Positions 1-12,589 of a DNA stretch of 64,000 nucleotides are shown one piece after another (the first letter of the stretch is position 1; every line of letters begins with the position of its first letter). Position numbers and translations under genes: made by a program. This stretch comes from Mobula hypostoma. Lineage: Eukaryota. The stretch covers positions 2,978,001 through 3,042,000 of the forward strand of contig NC_086109.1 in assembly GCF_963921235.1 (NCBI RefSeq). Reading direction: 5' to 3'. Below the pieces are notes generated by a model. That model searched no databases and was not told the DNA's origin. It saw nothing but the letters and a program-made list of their open reading frames with translations.

Positions 1-320
1 AAGGATCAGATGAAGAATGCTTTAAGGAAGTGCGAATCAGACCCGAGGACCTGGAGGACGTTGCTGCTGACCATACCACTTGGTGACGCCAAGGGACGGG
101 GTTCGTATTCTGGAGATGGAAAGAACAACCAGAAGACAGCAGAAGAGAGCCAGGAGAAATGCAGCCATGGTTGCCACCACTACCACGTATACATGTCCCA
201 CCTGCAATAGGGTTTGTGGGTCCAGGATAGGACTGTATAGTCATCAGAGATCTCACCGTTAAAGGAGTGGATGTTGTCATCGGATTTCGATGGACAACAG
301 AAGAAGACGAAGAAGAAGAG
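1..320 (+). mobile_element. RTE-clade LINE 3' end (C-terminal C2H2 finger, (GAA)n tail)
   Basis: ORF 80-262 ends YTCPTCNRVCGSRIGLYSHQRSH, typical of an RTE/BovB-like C-terminus. It is followed by a short UTR and a gaagaagacgaagaagaag tail at ~300-320. Confidence 0.8.
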
Positions 321-735
321 TCTGGTGGTATTTATACTCCCATAGTCTGTCCCTCCTGTTTGGTTAGTACTCATCCAATCAGGTTTCCATTCTCTCACTT
401 TGTTTACAATCAAGTTCCAGACCTTACTTAGAGCGAGACCTTCGTTCTTGTTAAAATTATTTCCCTCTAGTTTTATTTCAATGGCTTCCTTTACCAGGTG
501 GTCCCAAAAGCCATTGGTGCGGCATAGTTGTTTTGAATCATTGATGTCAATCCTATGGCCATTGAAAATGCAGTGTTCTGCTACCGACAATTTCTATGGG
601 TAACCCAAACGGATACCCCTCCTGTGCTCCTTGATGTGGGTTTCCACCATGTGTCCCATCAGGCCGATATACACTACTCCACATTCACAGGTAAGCCTAT
701 AAATGCCAGTGGGTCAAATATGACCTGGGACTCAG
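321..735 (-). mobile_element. Penelope-like element fragment, GIY-YIG endonuclease
   Basis: The minus strand at 660-710 translates TGIYRLTCECGVVYIG (GIY...YIG). ORF 180-590 gives SVAEHC...GHRID...LVKEAIEIKLEGNNFNKNEGLALSKVW. Confidence 0.85.
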
Positions 736-739
736 GTTG

Positions 740-1078
740 GCTAGAGGTATACAACATTAAGCAGGTATAGAGAGGGTAAATGCAAGCAGGCCTTTTCCAA
801 TGTGGTTGGGTAAAAGGTCATGGGTTAAGGTGAAAGGTGAATATGGAGAGGAACTTCTTCACTCAGAGGGTGGAATGAGCTGCCAGAACAAGTGGTGAAT
901 GAGGGTATGACTTCAACATTTAAGAGAAATTCAGATACTAACATGGATGGGGTGGATATGGAGGGCAATTTTCCAGGCGCAGGTCAATGGAACTAGTCAG
1001 GTAAGTAGTTCAACATAGACTAGAAGGGCCAAAGATCCTATTTCTGTAGTGTAGTGTTCCATGAATTTATGATTCTAC
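740..1078 (+). mobile_element. CR1 LINE 3' fragment, decayed
   Basis: aacttcttcactcagagggtggaatgagctgcca and gggccaaagatcctatttctgt...atgattcta, matching the 3' ends of better-preserved CR1 copies in this window. Confidence 0.7.
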
Positions 1079-1449
1079 AACAGCTCGAAGCTGGGGTTTT
1101 CTCTCTTAGACTGTGATTGATAGAGGCTGTGGGTTTCTGCCAGCTTCAGTAATAATGTCTCTTCAAGTGATCATCCCAGCTGCAGAATATTAAGTGTTAA
1201 AGTTGTATTCTATCTTCTGGAGTGTTCACTGTTAAAGTGCTCTGGTTTCTAAACGTTCAATCACACAGTGAATATAAACTGAAGAGCTTTTCATCAGGTC
1301 AATAGCATTTTCATTCTATTACTGTTTAGTAATGAGAATTGCAACTATTTTTTTAAATTATCCCTTAATGGGAGGGAGGTCCACACTTCGTTTTCTGATC
1401 TGAGTAACATTTTTGTCCTTTTCCTTTTACTGTGCAGATGTTTCTTTCT

Positions 1450-1890
1450 GCACTTGGATGTGATGGTGCTGGAGAAGGTGCAGAAGAGATTCACCAGGAC
1501 GTTGTCTGGGTGGGAGAACTTCAGTGATGAGGAGATATAGGAGAGGCCGGGTCTGTACTCCCTGGAGCAGAGCAGATTAAGAGGGGGCATGACTGATAGC
1601 ACAGTTTGAAGGCGGTGGGCGGGGGGTTGGAATTTATTAAGAACCCAAGGGGAACAGTTTCAAAAAAAGAGTGGTCAGAATATGGAATGAGCTGCCGGAG
1701 GAAGTGGTTGAGGGAGGTACATTAACAACATATAAAAGGTTCTTGGACATGCCCACAAATGGGAAAGGCTTGGAGGGATATGGGGCAAAAGAGGAGCAAT
1801 GGGACCAGTTCAAACGGGAATTTTGGTTAGCATGGATGAGTTGGGCCGAGTGGACTGTTTCAATATTGAATGACCCTGTGGCTGTAAGTG
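1450..1890 (+). mobile_element. CR1 LINE 3' fragment, decayed
   Basis: Remnants LEKVQKRFTRTLSG and VRIWNELPEEVVEGGTLTTYKRFLD (ORF 1671-1967). Confidence 0.75.
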
Positions 1891-2489
1891 TCTATTCTAG
1901 GGAAAAAGGTGAATCACCTTGGCAGAGGAAGCTTTGGGTTAAGGGTTGCAAGCCAGATGCCCTCTGATTGTGTGAACATGGTGTGCTGAACAGCCGGTTC
2001 TCCTGCTGTATCGCTCTGACTATAATTTGTTCTTTTCTGTAAGAAGATCACTAATTATCTCAAAGATGATCATGAGTGAATTCCTGCCCAAATAAAGAAG
2101 TCCGATTTCCTTGTTATGTTGGGTAGAATTACATCCCAGATGAACAAAAATTAATAAAGACCTGCTCTCGCATTACCTTAGGTTATTTGCATGCATCTGA
2201 TTTGAAGATATTTTTAATAATTTCTACTTAAGAAAATCAGAAATAATATGCATTGGTTTAGGGAAATTGTCTGATTTACAGATGCCAAGTTAAATATTTC
2301 TCAAGAGTCACCCTGACTACATGATGCATGGTTTCAATTAAATAATACTAGAATTATCTGCAGTTAAATTAATGAATAAAGTATAATGTCCCAGAGCACA
2401 TTGGTATATGATTACATTGTGCCAAAGAGAAAGGTGGTATAACGATTCACAGATTCAGGGATCAAGAAATTGAAAGATACTCCTATAGG

Positions 2490-3080
2490 GAAAAAGGAAA
2501 AGACATTTGCAGCAGGTTCTCTTGGAAGGTCTCACTACTGAACTCAAAAACAAGAAAGATGCAAACACTCTGATGGGATTGTACTACAAAGCCCACCTCC
2601 CAATAGTCACTGGGACAAAAAGGAACAGATATGCAGGCATGTTAGGCAAAAGTGCAAAAGCAACAATTTTCAAATATAGTCAAGAAGAGACAGTGTGTGT
2701 AATGTTTAGGGAAATCTAAAATCAAACAGATCTCTTGAGGTTCATAAAGAAGCCAAAAATAACTCAAGAAGAGAATTAGGAGAGAAACAAGGGGCCATAA
2801 AAAGTCCTTGGGACATTGGATTGAGGAGAAACTTGAGGCATTCTATTGATACATCAAGAGCAAGAGAATAACTAGACAGCCAGTTGGACCACTTGAGGAT
2901 AAAGAAGGGAACACGTGCTTGGAGGCAGAACATTATGAGTTCCTGAATGAATACTTTGCATCAGCGTTTACCGAGGAGAAGAATATGGAGGATAGCGAGA
3001 TCAGTGTGAAGATTGCTAATATGCCGAGGCATTTTGAGATAGGAGGTACTGTTATGTCTTTTACAGCACATGAAGCTTAA
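2490..3080 (+). mobile_element. Old CR1 ORF2 (APE/tether) fragment
   Basis: Degenerate matches to the CR1 at 34100-35300, e.g. ctgaatgaatactttgcatcagcgtttacc and gaggagaaacttgaggcattctat. Confidence 0.65.
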
Positions 3081-3099
3081 TAATCAATGAATCAGCAGA

Positions 3100-4594
3100 A
3101 TAGACTTGTTAGATTCTGGGCTAGTTCCTGAGGATTGGATGGTGGCTAATGTAACCCCACTTTTTAAAAAAGGAGGGAGAGAGAAACTGGGGAATTATAG
3201 ACCGGTTAGCCTAAAGTTGGTGGTGGGGAAACTGCTGGAGTCAGTTATCAAGGATGTGATAACAGCACATTTGGAAAGCGGTGAAATGATCGGACAAAGT
3301 GAGCATGGATTTGTGAAAGGAAAATCATGTCTGACGAATCTCATAGAATTTTTTGAGGATGTAACTAGTAGAGTGGATAGGGGAGAACCAGTGGATGTGG
3401 TATATTTGGATTTTCAAAAGGCTTTTGACAAGGTCCCACACAGGAGATTAGTGTGCAAACTTAAAGCACACAGTATTGGGGGTAAGGTATTGGTGTGGGT
3501 GGAGAATTGGTCAGCAGACAGGAAGCAAAGAGTGGGAATAAACGGGACCTTTTCAGAATGGCAGGCGGTGACTAGCAAGGCTCAGTGCTGGGACCCCAGT
3601 TGTTTACAATATATATTAATGACTTGGATGAGGGAATTAAATGCAGCATCTCCAAGTTTGCGGATGACACGAAGCTGGGTGGCAGTGTTAGCAGTGAGGA
3701 GGATGCTAAGAGGATGCAGGGTGACTTGGATAGGTTGGGTGAGTGGGCAAATTCATGGCAGATGCAATTTAATGTGGATAAATGTGAAGTTATCCACTTT
3801 GGTGGCAAAAATAGGAAAACAGATTATTATCTGAATGGTGGCCGATTAGGAAAAGGTGAGGTGCAACGAGACCTGGGTGTCATTATACACCAGTCATTGA
3901 AAGTGGGCATGCAGGTACAGCAGGCGGTGAAAAAGGCGAATGGTATGCTGGCATTTATAGCGAGAGGATTCGAGTACAGGAGCAGGGAGGTACTATTGCA
4001 GTTGTACAAGGCCTTGGTGAGACCACACCTGGAGTATTGTGTGCAGTTTTGGTCCCCTAATCTGAGGAAAGACATCTTTGCCATAGAGGGAGTACAAAGA
4101 AGGTTCACCAGATTGATTCCTGGGATGGCAGGACTTTCATATGAAGAAAGACTGGATGAACTGGGCTTGTGCTCGTTGGAATTTAGAAGATTGAGGGGGG
4201 ATGTGATTGAAACGTATAAGAGCCTAAAGGGATTGGACAGGCTAGATGCAGGAAGATTGTTCCCGATGTTGGGGAAGTCCAGAATGAGGGGCCACCGTTT
4301 GAGGATAGAGGGGAAGCCTTTTAGGACCGAGATTAGGAAAAACTTCTTCACACAGAGAGTGGTGAATCTGTGGAATTCTCTGCCACAGGAAACTGTTGAG
4401 GCCAGTTCATTGGCTATATTTAAGAGGGAGTTAGATATGGCCTTTGTGGCTACGGGGGTCAGGGGGTATGGAGGGAAGGCTGGGGCGGGGTTCTGAGTTG
4501 GATGATCAGCCATGATCATAATAAATGGCGGTGCAGGCTCGAAGGGCCAAATGGCCTACTCCTGCACCTATTTTCTATGTTTCTATGTTTCTAT
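3100..4594 (+). mobile_element. Young 5'-truncated CR1 LINE, RT domain to 3' tail
   Basis: ORFs 3106-3834 and 3585-4496 carry PLFKKG, NYRPVSL, HGF, YLDFQKAFDKVPH, SKFADDTKL and RPHLEYCVQFWSP. There is one frameshift near 3578 and a (TTCTATGT)n tail at 4570-4594. Confidence 0.95.
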
Positions 4595-4920
4595 AAATCA
4601 GGTTTATTATCATTGATATATACTGTATTGTGAAATTTGCTATCCCGTGGCAGAAGTATAGTGCAATATATAAAAATGTGATATAATGCAATAAGAAAAA
4701 AATATATATATATATAAATCAATAAGTAGTGCAAAACCAGCATGAAAACAGTGAGGTGGTGTTCGTGGGTTCATGGATCTTTCAGAAATTTGATGACAAA
4801 GTGGAAGAAGCTGTTCCTAAAAGGCTGTGTGTGTCTTAGGCTCCTGTACCTCTTGCATGATGGTAGCAATGAGAAGAGGCGATAGGGGTCCTTAATGATG
4901 GATGCTGCCTTTATGAGCCT
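4595..4920 (-). mobile_element. Rex1/Babar LINE 3' end
   Basis: KAASIIKDPYRLFSLLPSCKRYRSL...FRNSFF, plus the ataataaacctgatt tail shared with the copy at 16785-17710. Confidence 0.8.
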
Positions 4921-4929
4921 ATTATTTTT

Positions 4930-5830
4930 ATGGAGCTGTAACATTAACTCACAGCTCTTGCACTCAATTTCACCAACAATTCCCCAAAACACCATACCCT
5001 ATTAACTTGGTGGCAATTTTGAAGGATGTATAGACGTGGACCCCAAGGTCCTTCTGTTTCTCTGCAAGACTGAAAATCCAGTCATTAACCCAGTATTCCC
5101 CCTTCAAATTTGACTTCCAAAGTGAATCGCTTCACACTTTTCTGGGCTGAACTCCATCTGCCACTTCTCAACTCAGCTTTGCATCTGTCAATGTCCTGTT
5201 GTAATCTGCAACAACCTTCTACACTATCCACAACACCACCAACCTTCTTCTCACCTGCAAACGTACCAACACACCCTTCCACTGCCTCATCCAAGTCATT
5301 AATAAAATTCATGAAGAGCAGGGATCCCCAAACAGTTCCATTTGGAACACCACTGGTCACTGACCACACAGAATACACTCCATTTGCAGTCACCCTCTGC
5401 CCTCTATGAAAGGCCAGTTTTGTATTCACACAGACCAGATTCCCTGGATCCCACGCCTCTTGACTCTCTGAATGAGCCTGCAGGGAGTTTCATCAAATGC
5501 CTTATTAAAATCCATGTTAACCACATTCACAGCTCTACTTTCATCCCTTTGCTTTGTCACATCCTCAAAGACTTCAATCACGCTTGTGAGATATGATCTG
5601 CCTCTCACAAAGCAAAGTTGATTATTCATGATCAGACTATGCTTTTCCAAATGGTCATAAGTCTAAGGATTCTCTCTAATAATTTTCCCATCACTGAAGT
5701 AAGACTCACTGGTTGATAATTCCCAGGGTTATCCCTACTTCTTGTCTTCAACAAATGAATAATACTTCCCACCCTAAAATTACCTAGAATTACTCGTGGC
5801 CAGTGAGGATGCAAAAATCATTACCAAATG
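4930..5830 (-). mobile_element. CR1 ORF2 RT fragment, decayed
   Basis: NPGNYQPVSLTSVMGKLLE, RSYLTSVIEVFEDV, MDFNKAFD and VTSGVPNG...FINDLD, in shifting frames. Confidence 0.85.
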
Positions 5831-6169
5831 TGCAGCAGTCTCTTAGATAATAAGACCATAAGGCATAGGAGCAGAATTAGATCATTTGGCCCATCATGTC
5901 CACTCCTCCATTCCATCATGGTTGATTTATTATCCCTCTCAACTCCACTCTCCTGCCCACGTCCCATAAGCTTCGATGCCCTGATTAATCAAGAAACTAT
6001 CAACCTCCGCTTTAAGTATACCCAATGACTTGGCCACCACAGCCCCTGTGGCAATGAATTCCACAGATTCACCACCCTCTGGCTAAAGAAATTCCTCCTT
6101 ATCTCTGTTCTAAATGGAAGTCCCTCTATTCAGAGACTGTTTCCTCTGGTTCTAGACTCTGATAGGATG

Positions 6170-6745
6170 GCAGAGCCATTGAGGGTTCAATGAAAAGGTT
6201 CATCTTGTAAATGTTTTTTGTGATCGCAAGACACTGCTGGATACTAGCAGTATTTATACCTAACAACCCTGTATCGAACAATTCTGATGGACATTGGTTA
6301 CATAGAATACTGCAAGTCCATTCTTTGGTGAGACCAACAGCCAGAAAGATGTGTTGCCTCTGCTGTGGCAAGAACTAGGCCTTGGCCACGGGATCGCTAT
6401 TGACACAATAGCCTGTTGCAGCCACCAAGGGGAGAGAGCAGAAGCCTCTGCTGGGTGTGCTGGAATTGTGCTGGTCTGGGGGTGGCTCCTTCTCTCAGTG
6501 CTGCCCTCCAGTGTTTGCTCAGTGGAAGAACAAGCTGAACCAGTGCCATCGACAGTCATACCACTGAGGGACTTGGACTATATTCCTTTTCTTTGTGACT
6601 ATATATTTTTCTGAAATCATAACCATATGTGTTATTTGCAGTTTGCTGTGTGCTGTTAGTAATGTGTTCTGAATCTTGCCCTTAGAGGAACACTGTTTGG
6701 TTGGATGTATGCGTGTACGGTTGAATAATTAAACTTGAACTTCAA
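6170..6745 (+). mobile_element. Unclassified non-autonomous retroelement with (TTGAAC)n tail, nested in CR1
   Basis: It splits collinear CR1 sequence (tctagactct | taggaaaggtcctctccacatcc) and ends gaataattaaacttgaacttcaact. Confidence 0.55.
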
Positions 6746-6986
6746 CTTTAGGAAAGGTCCTCTCCACATCCACTCCATCTGGACCTTTCAATATTTGATA
6801 CGTCTCAATGAGATCCCCTCTCATTCTTCTAAATTCCAGCAAATACAGGCCCAGACCCATCAAAATCTCCTCATGTGTTAACTCTTTCGTTTCCAGAATC
6901 ATTCTTGTGAATCTCCTCTGTGCCCTCTTCAATGCCAACCCATCTTTTCTTAGATAAGAGGCCCAAAACTACTCACAATACTCCAT

Positions 6987-7196
6987 CACCAGGAAATCTG
7001 CAGATGCTGGAAATTCAAGCAACACACACAAAATGCCGGTGGAACGCAGCAGGCCAGGCACCATCTATAGGAAGAAGTACAGTCGACGTTTCGGGCCGAG
7101 ACCCTTTGTCAGGATGAAGGGTCTCGGCCCAAAACGTTGACTGTTCTTCTTCCTATAGATGCTGCCTGGCCTGCTGCGTTCCACCAGCATTTTGTG
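6987..7196. mobile_element. Palindromic PLE-derived mini-element with two degenerate hammerhead cores
   Basis: Arms 7027-7110 and 7113-7196 are reverse complements. A 13-bp TSD, CACAATACTCCAT, lies at 6974-6986 and 7197-7209. Confidence 0.85.
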
Positions 7197-7319
7197 CACA
7201 ATACTCCATGTGGTCTGACCAATGTCTTATAAAGCCTCAGCAGTACATCCTTGTTTTTATCTTCTAGTCCTGTTGAAATGAATGGTAACATTGCATTTGC
7301 CTTCCTTACCACAGACTAT

Positions 7320-8530
7320 TCCCTCCCATCCCATATTAATCTAGGATATATCGCATCCAATCCCAAGGATTCATGTATTCTATTTTTTTTCAAAGGTTGC
7401 AGAACATCCTTCTTAACATCAATATGTTCAAGCATAACAGCTTGTTATGTACTGTCCTCATAAATATCAAGTTCCCTCCCTCTGGTGAATACTGAAGTAA
7501 AGTATTCCTTAAGGACCTCCACAACTTCCTCCGATTCCAGGCACATATTTCCTCTTTTATCCCTGATCGATCCCATCCTAACTTTAATCACCTTCCTGTT
7601 TTTCACATACATGCAGAATACCTTGGGTTTTTCCTTAATCCCATGCGCCAAGGCCTTCTCATGCCCCCTTCTAGGACTTCTAAGTCCATTCTTCTGCTTC
7701 TTTCTGGCTACCTTGTAACTCTTTAGAGCCTTGCCTGAACTTTGCTTCCTAAACCTTAAATAAGGTGCTTTCTTCCTCTTTTCTAGATGTCCCACATCTC
7801 TTGTCAACCAAGGTTCCTTCACCTTACCATCCTTTCCTTGCCTCAATGGGACAAACCTATCCAGAACTCCATGCAAATAATCCCTAAACAACATCTGCAA
7901 TTCTGTTGTGGATTTCTCTGAGTACATCTGTTCTAATTTATGCTCCCAAGTTCCTGCCGAATGGCTTCATAATTCCCCTCCCTCAATGAAGTGTTTTCAC
8001 ATATCATCTGTTCCTATCCCTCTCCAAGGCTATGAAAGAGTCAAGGAGTTGTGATCACTGACACAAAATGCTCACCCACCAAGAGATATGGCACTTGAAC
8101 TTGTGTATTGCCTGGTACCAGATCCATTGTTGGTTCTGCTCTAGTCAACCTGTAGTTGTGCCAGGAATCCTTCCCGGACACACCTAACACAATCCGCCCA
8201 TCTAAATACTTTTGCGCTAAGGAGGTGCCAATCAATATTAGAGAAGCTGGGGACACCCATGACAATAACCCTCTTATTTTTCCACCTTTCCAAAATCTGA
8301 TTCCTGATCTGTTCCTCAGGGTCTCTGTTGCTTTTAGAGGGTCCATAGAATATTCCCAATAGACTGACTGCTCCCTTCCTGCTTCTAATTTCCACCCACA
8401 CTGACTAGGTAGACAATCCCTGCACCATGTCCTTCCTTTCTGCAGCTGTGATACTATCCCGCACCTCCTCTCCCTCCTTCCTGTCCCTCTTGAACCATAC
8501 AAACTGAGGATAATGGTGACACCAAACCTT
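7320..8530 (-). mobile_element. CR1 ORF2 APE endonuclease/tether fragment
   Basis: WVEIRSRKGAVSLLGIFYGP, NIDW and FVPLRQGKDGKVKEPWLT...EVLKEYFTSVFT. Confidence 0.85.
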
Positions 8531-8736
8531 GAATCCAGTGCACAGATTCAGAAGGATATACTTGCACTGGAGACGTTGTTGTGAAGCTGGGCAGGTTGGG
8601 CTCCACATACTGCCATTCAGATCTCACTGAATTTAGGGCGGTTCTGTGGAGAATTAACAGGATGGATGCAGAGAAGATGCTTCATCCAGTGATGAATTCT
8701 GAAGGTAGGGGGCATAAAAAGATGCCCACTTAAGAT

Positions 8737-9006
8737 ATTTATTGAGATACAGCACAGAATAGACCCTTCCAGCCCTTCGAGCAAAGCCACCCAGCAATCC
8801 CCTAATTTAAACCTAACCTAATCAGGGACAATTTACATGACCAATTAACCTACCAACCGGAACGGCTTTGGACAGTGGAAGGAAACCGTAGCACCCGGAG
8901 GAAACCTACAAGGTCACAGGGAGAATATACAAAGAGGCGGTGGTGGGAATTGAACCCGGGTCGCTGTTACTGTAAATTGTTGTGCTGACTACTACACTAC
9001 TGTGCT
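8737..9006 (-). mobile_element. tRNA-derived V-SINE (HE1-like) with CR1-type tail
   Basis: The minus strand has A-box-like gtagtgtagtagt, B box gggttcaattccc and a V-domain-like ggtttcctccgggtgctacggtttcc. There are several more copies in the window. Confidence 0.8.
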
Positions 9007-9867
9007 GGAGAACTTGGTCCTCTATCAAAATATCATGATAGATAGATTTTCTTCTCCCAGATGGTAATGACTTCCACACTCCAGAGAGCTGCAAACGTAG
9101 AGTCTCTGAATACATTCAATGTGGATATTGACAGGTACTTCTATGAGGAAATTAAGAGTGAGGAGAATGAGAGAAAACAGTGTTGATGGCCACATTGGAT
9201 CAGCTTCAGTCTCGGTGGTGGAATGGTCTACAACGCCTTTGTGTTTGGTGCGCTGGTATACTCCTCTCTCGTCTGCTGCTGTGGGAGCTCTATCTCTCTC
9301 TCCTCACCCTCACAAATAACTCCAACTTCATCTCTGTGAAGTGCCTTGGAACATTTCTGTGTTAAAGTTAATTTAGTAGTGTAGGCTGTGGTTGAAGAAT
9401 TCTACAATTTTGGGATTTTGAGAAATAATGAGACTGAGTAAAAGATGGTTTGATGATTGATCTCAACACATATGATCAATGAGAGCATAGGCTGAGTTTA
9501 TGGAGTACAAAAGGATACATAAAAAACATTTGATTGCATCAATTTCCAAAAACTCAGCACATGTCCTACTATTTCTCTTCACTGTAATGGGAAACGATTT
9601 TTAGCAAATCCATCACATTAATTGAGGTCAATTTTTCTTTTGTTGTTGCTCAATGGATGTTTTCAAGACACTGCTGTTGTTGTTTATTCCTAACACAATG
9701 ACTACAAAGCAAAATCGCTGCTTCTTCCGTCAAATGTGTGTGCGTGAGGGTGAAGAACTGGAGGATGGCACGTTGGAAGAAAAAGTGACATGAGAAATGC
9801 AAAAGCATATCCTCTGAGGATTGTGATATCGATTTGGACAATGTTGATTTGTCACTTACATTGCCAA

Positions 9868-10235
9868 AATAGAGTCATAGAAAACTACAGCACAGAAACG
9901 GGCCCTTCAGCCCATCTAGTCCATGCTGAACCATTTAAACTGCCTCCTCCTATCGAACTGCACCGGGGCCATAGCCCCCCATACCCCTACCATCCATGTA
10001 CCTATCCAAACTTCTCCTAAAGGTTGAAATCGAGCTGACATGCGCACTTGCTCTGACAGTTTGTTCCACACTGTCACGATCTCTGAGTCAGGGGTTCCCA
10101 AACTTTTTTTTTAATGCCAGGGACCAATACCATTAAGCAAGGGGTCCCATGGACCCCAGGGTAGGAACGCCTGTGCCTGAGTGAAAAAGTTTCCCCCTTA
10201 AACATTTCACCTTTCATCCTTAACCTATGACCTCT
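9868..10235 (-). mobile_element. CR1 3' end with nested MITE
   Basis: catagaaaactacagcacagaaacgggccc tail, plus VWNKLSEQV and SRGHRLRMKGE remnants. Confidence 0.75.
10089..10173. mobile_element. hAT-type MITE (~85 bp)
   Basis: TIRs CAGGGGTTCCCAA / GTAGGAACGCCTG. Same family as 19807-19886 and 51082-51152. Confidence 0.75.
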
Positions 10236-10339
10236 GGAGTTCCATCTAATACTTTGCACAACTCAATGCTTCAAGCAGTAGGAGGACTACACTCCACTTA
10301 ACATTGGTTCAACAGATTGTCCACATCTTGGAGGTTAGC

Positions 10340-10745
10340 TTTACTGCCTGTTACACCACTGACTGGCATTTAGGGCAGCAATAAAGGTCCTTCATCTCTG
10401 ACAGTGTTCAGGGCTTCCTTCACCAAGTCAACAGCCTCCTTTCAGCTTCCACCACTGTCAGTCATACAAGTCCCAGGTGGGGACTCAGGAATATGGTCAC
10501 ACTTAGATGTAGAGGGATTCTTCATTGCTGTTTCCATAACAATCATATTTCACCAGTAAGTGTTGTTAGCCCTGAGATGAACCCCCGAATCTGAAGGACC
10601 AGTGGATCTCTCTTAGTTTGGCCTCTACCCTTTGACCTGTGTGGCATGGGTGACTATAAAGCACTCACTCTATCCAACATAGCTCTCCGGTCATCGAGGC
10701 ACACAAGCCTCCAAACCATAACAAGCTTGTGGTCCTCACGGAGGA
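10340..10745 (-). mobile_element. Bipartite RTE-derived non-autonomous element
   Basis: Reverse-complement homolog of 45245-45565: an RTE/BovB-like 5'UTR joined to the RTE 3' end gaggacctttattgctgccctaaatgccag. Confidence 0.7.
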
Positions 10746-11594
10746 TTTGAGTTTAGCTACTGGTTGCAGACCACTGGTTTCTGCTTTCATTGCTGTTCAT
10801 TGTAGTTTTAAATTGGAATGATATGAAGTGGTAAAAAAATCTTGCATGTAATTGGGTAATCTATTTGAACTGGTTAATTGACATCGGGTCACACAAAGGT
10901 ACTGACACCTGGGAATTTCTACTCTCAGAGCAAATGTAGAATGCTTTTAAAGCTGTGTCCATAGAGGTGAACCGTGACGATTATGGGGATTTTGGTGACA
11001 AAGTGGTGACAGTATTCAATAAAATGATTAAAATAAATATAGTCAACAATAGAAAGAAAACTCATTCAGACTAGTCGAGCAGGCATGGGTGTGTTGAGGC
11101 ACACGTGAGGAATGCAGGAATAAACTGCATCTTGTTTAATGCAACTGTACATGCTCCCTCTGTCCCATCTCCCTGTCAAATGATTGAAAAACATCCCCAA
11201 TGGTACATGAAAACCTCCCAACAAGGGTGTTGGACCCATTTAAGTTCAAGTTCAACTTGTACCACTTGCATAGATCCAACCAACCACCACAAAACACTTT
11301 GAATGATCCAAAACTCTTCCCTTTTCACCTACACATTCATCTGAACTGCAATCTGCACACATTCCAATAATACCATTGATCTTTGCTACATCACCTACCA
11401 CAATGATCCAGCTGCCCAGACACATTAGGCCCCAAGGTTACAACATTAAAAATATCTCTTAGAAATGTTTCCTTCTTTATTCTAAAAGAAATTATAGTCA
11501 TTCCCATCCAATCGCCATTCCCTAGTAGCAGCAAAGTATCAGCAGAAATCCTGGAAAAATGAGGCAAAAAAACTGCCCTTGATGATAGATGCTG

Positions 11595-12575
11595 CACTCC
11601 AAGTAGATGTGCTCAATAGAAGGGAGGGTTTCGCCCACTTTTTGTAGGATTTTTCATTCAATGGCATTGGTGTTCCCATGCCAGGCAGTGATGCAGCCAG
11701 TGAATATACTCTTCACCGCACTACTATAGAAGTTTACCAAAGCTTTAGATGTCATGCTAAATCTTTGGAAACTTCTAAGGAAGTAGAGGCGTGGCCATGC
11801 TTTCTTCATAATTGCATTTATGTACTGGGACCAGGTCGGGTCTTCTGAAATGATAACACTGAGGAATTTAAGTTGCTGACCTTCTCCTTCTTTGATCCTT
11901 CAATGAGAACTGGCTTATGGATCTCCTGAAGTCAATAATCAGCTCCTTGGTCTTGCTGACATTGAGTGAGAGCCTGCTGTTGTGGCACCACTCAGCCAGC
12001 CTTCCAATCTCCCTCCTATAAGCTGATTAGTTACCACCTTTGATTCGGTCAAAGTCAATGGTGTCGTCAGCAAATTTAAATATGACATTGAAGCTATGCT
12101 TAGCCACACAGTCATAAGCGTAAAGCGAATTGAGCAGGGAGCTAAGCACACAGCCTGGCAGTGCACCTATGCTGATGGAGATTGTGGAGGAGATGCTGTT
12201 GTCCATCCAAACTGACTGGAGTCTGCAACTGTGGAGATTGAGGATCCATTTGTACAAGGAGTTATTGAAGCCAAGGTCTTGAAGCTTATTGATTAGTTTT
12301 GAGGTGATGATGGTATTGAATGCTGAACTGTAATCAATGAAGAACATTCTGATGTATGCATCTTTGCTGTCCAGATTTTCCAGTGTTGAGTGAAGAGCCA
12401 GTGAGATGGCATCTGCTGTTGACCTGTTGTTCTGGTAGGCAAACTGGAGCAGATCCAAGTTGCCTTTCAGGCAGGAGTTGATGTGTTTCATCACCAACCT
12501 CTTAAAACACTTCATCACTGTGGATATACACTAAGTGCTACTGGACAACAGTCGTTGAGGCAGGTTCTTCCTGGC
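11595..12575 (-). mobile_element. Rex1/Babar LINE RT fragment
   Basis: ORF 12027-12518: MKCFKRLV, LQFAYQNNRSTADAI, FIDYSSAFNTI, GALPGCVLS, FKFADDT. Confidence 0.9.
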
Positions 12576-12589
12576 ACTGCTATGATCTC

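Larger units (their letters stand above)
5845..7315 (-). mobile_element. CR1 3' portion interrupted by two insertions (6170-6745 and 6987-7196)
   Basis: RKANAMLPFI...LYKTLVRPH and QRRFTRMIL...RRMRGDLIETYQILKG. The 3' tail reads cataagaccataag-like on the plus strand at ~5850. Confidence 0.85.

Noticed and set aside
3827..4519. 230-aa minus-strand ORF
   Set aside because: It is the antisense shadow of the CR1 ORF2.
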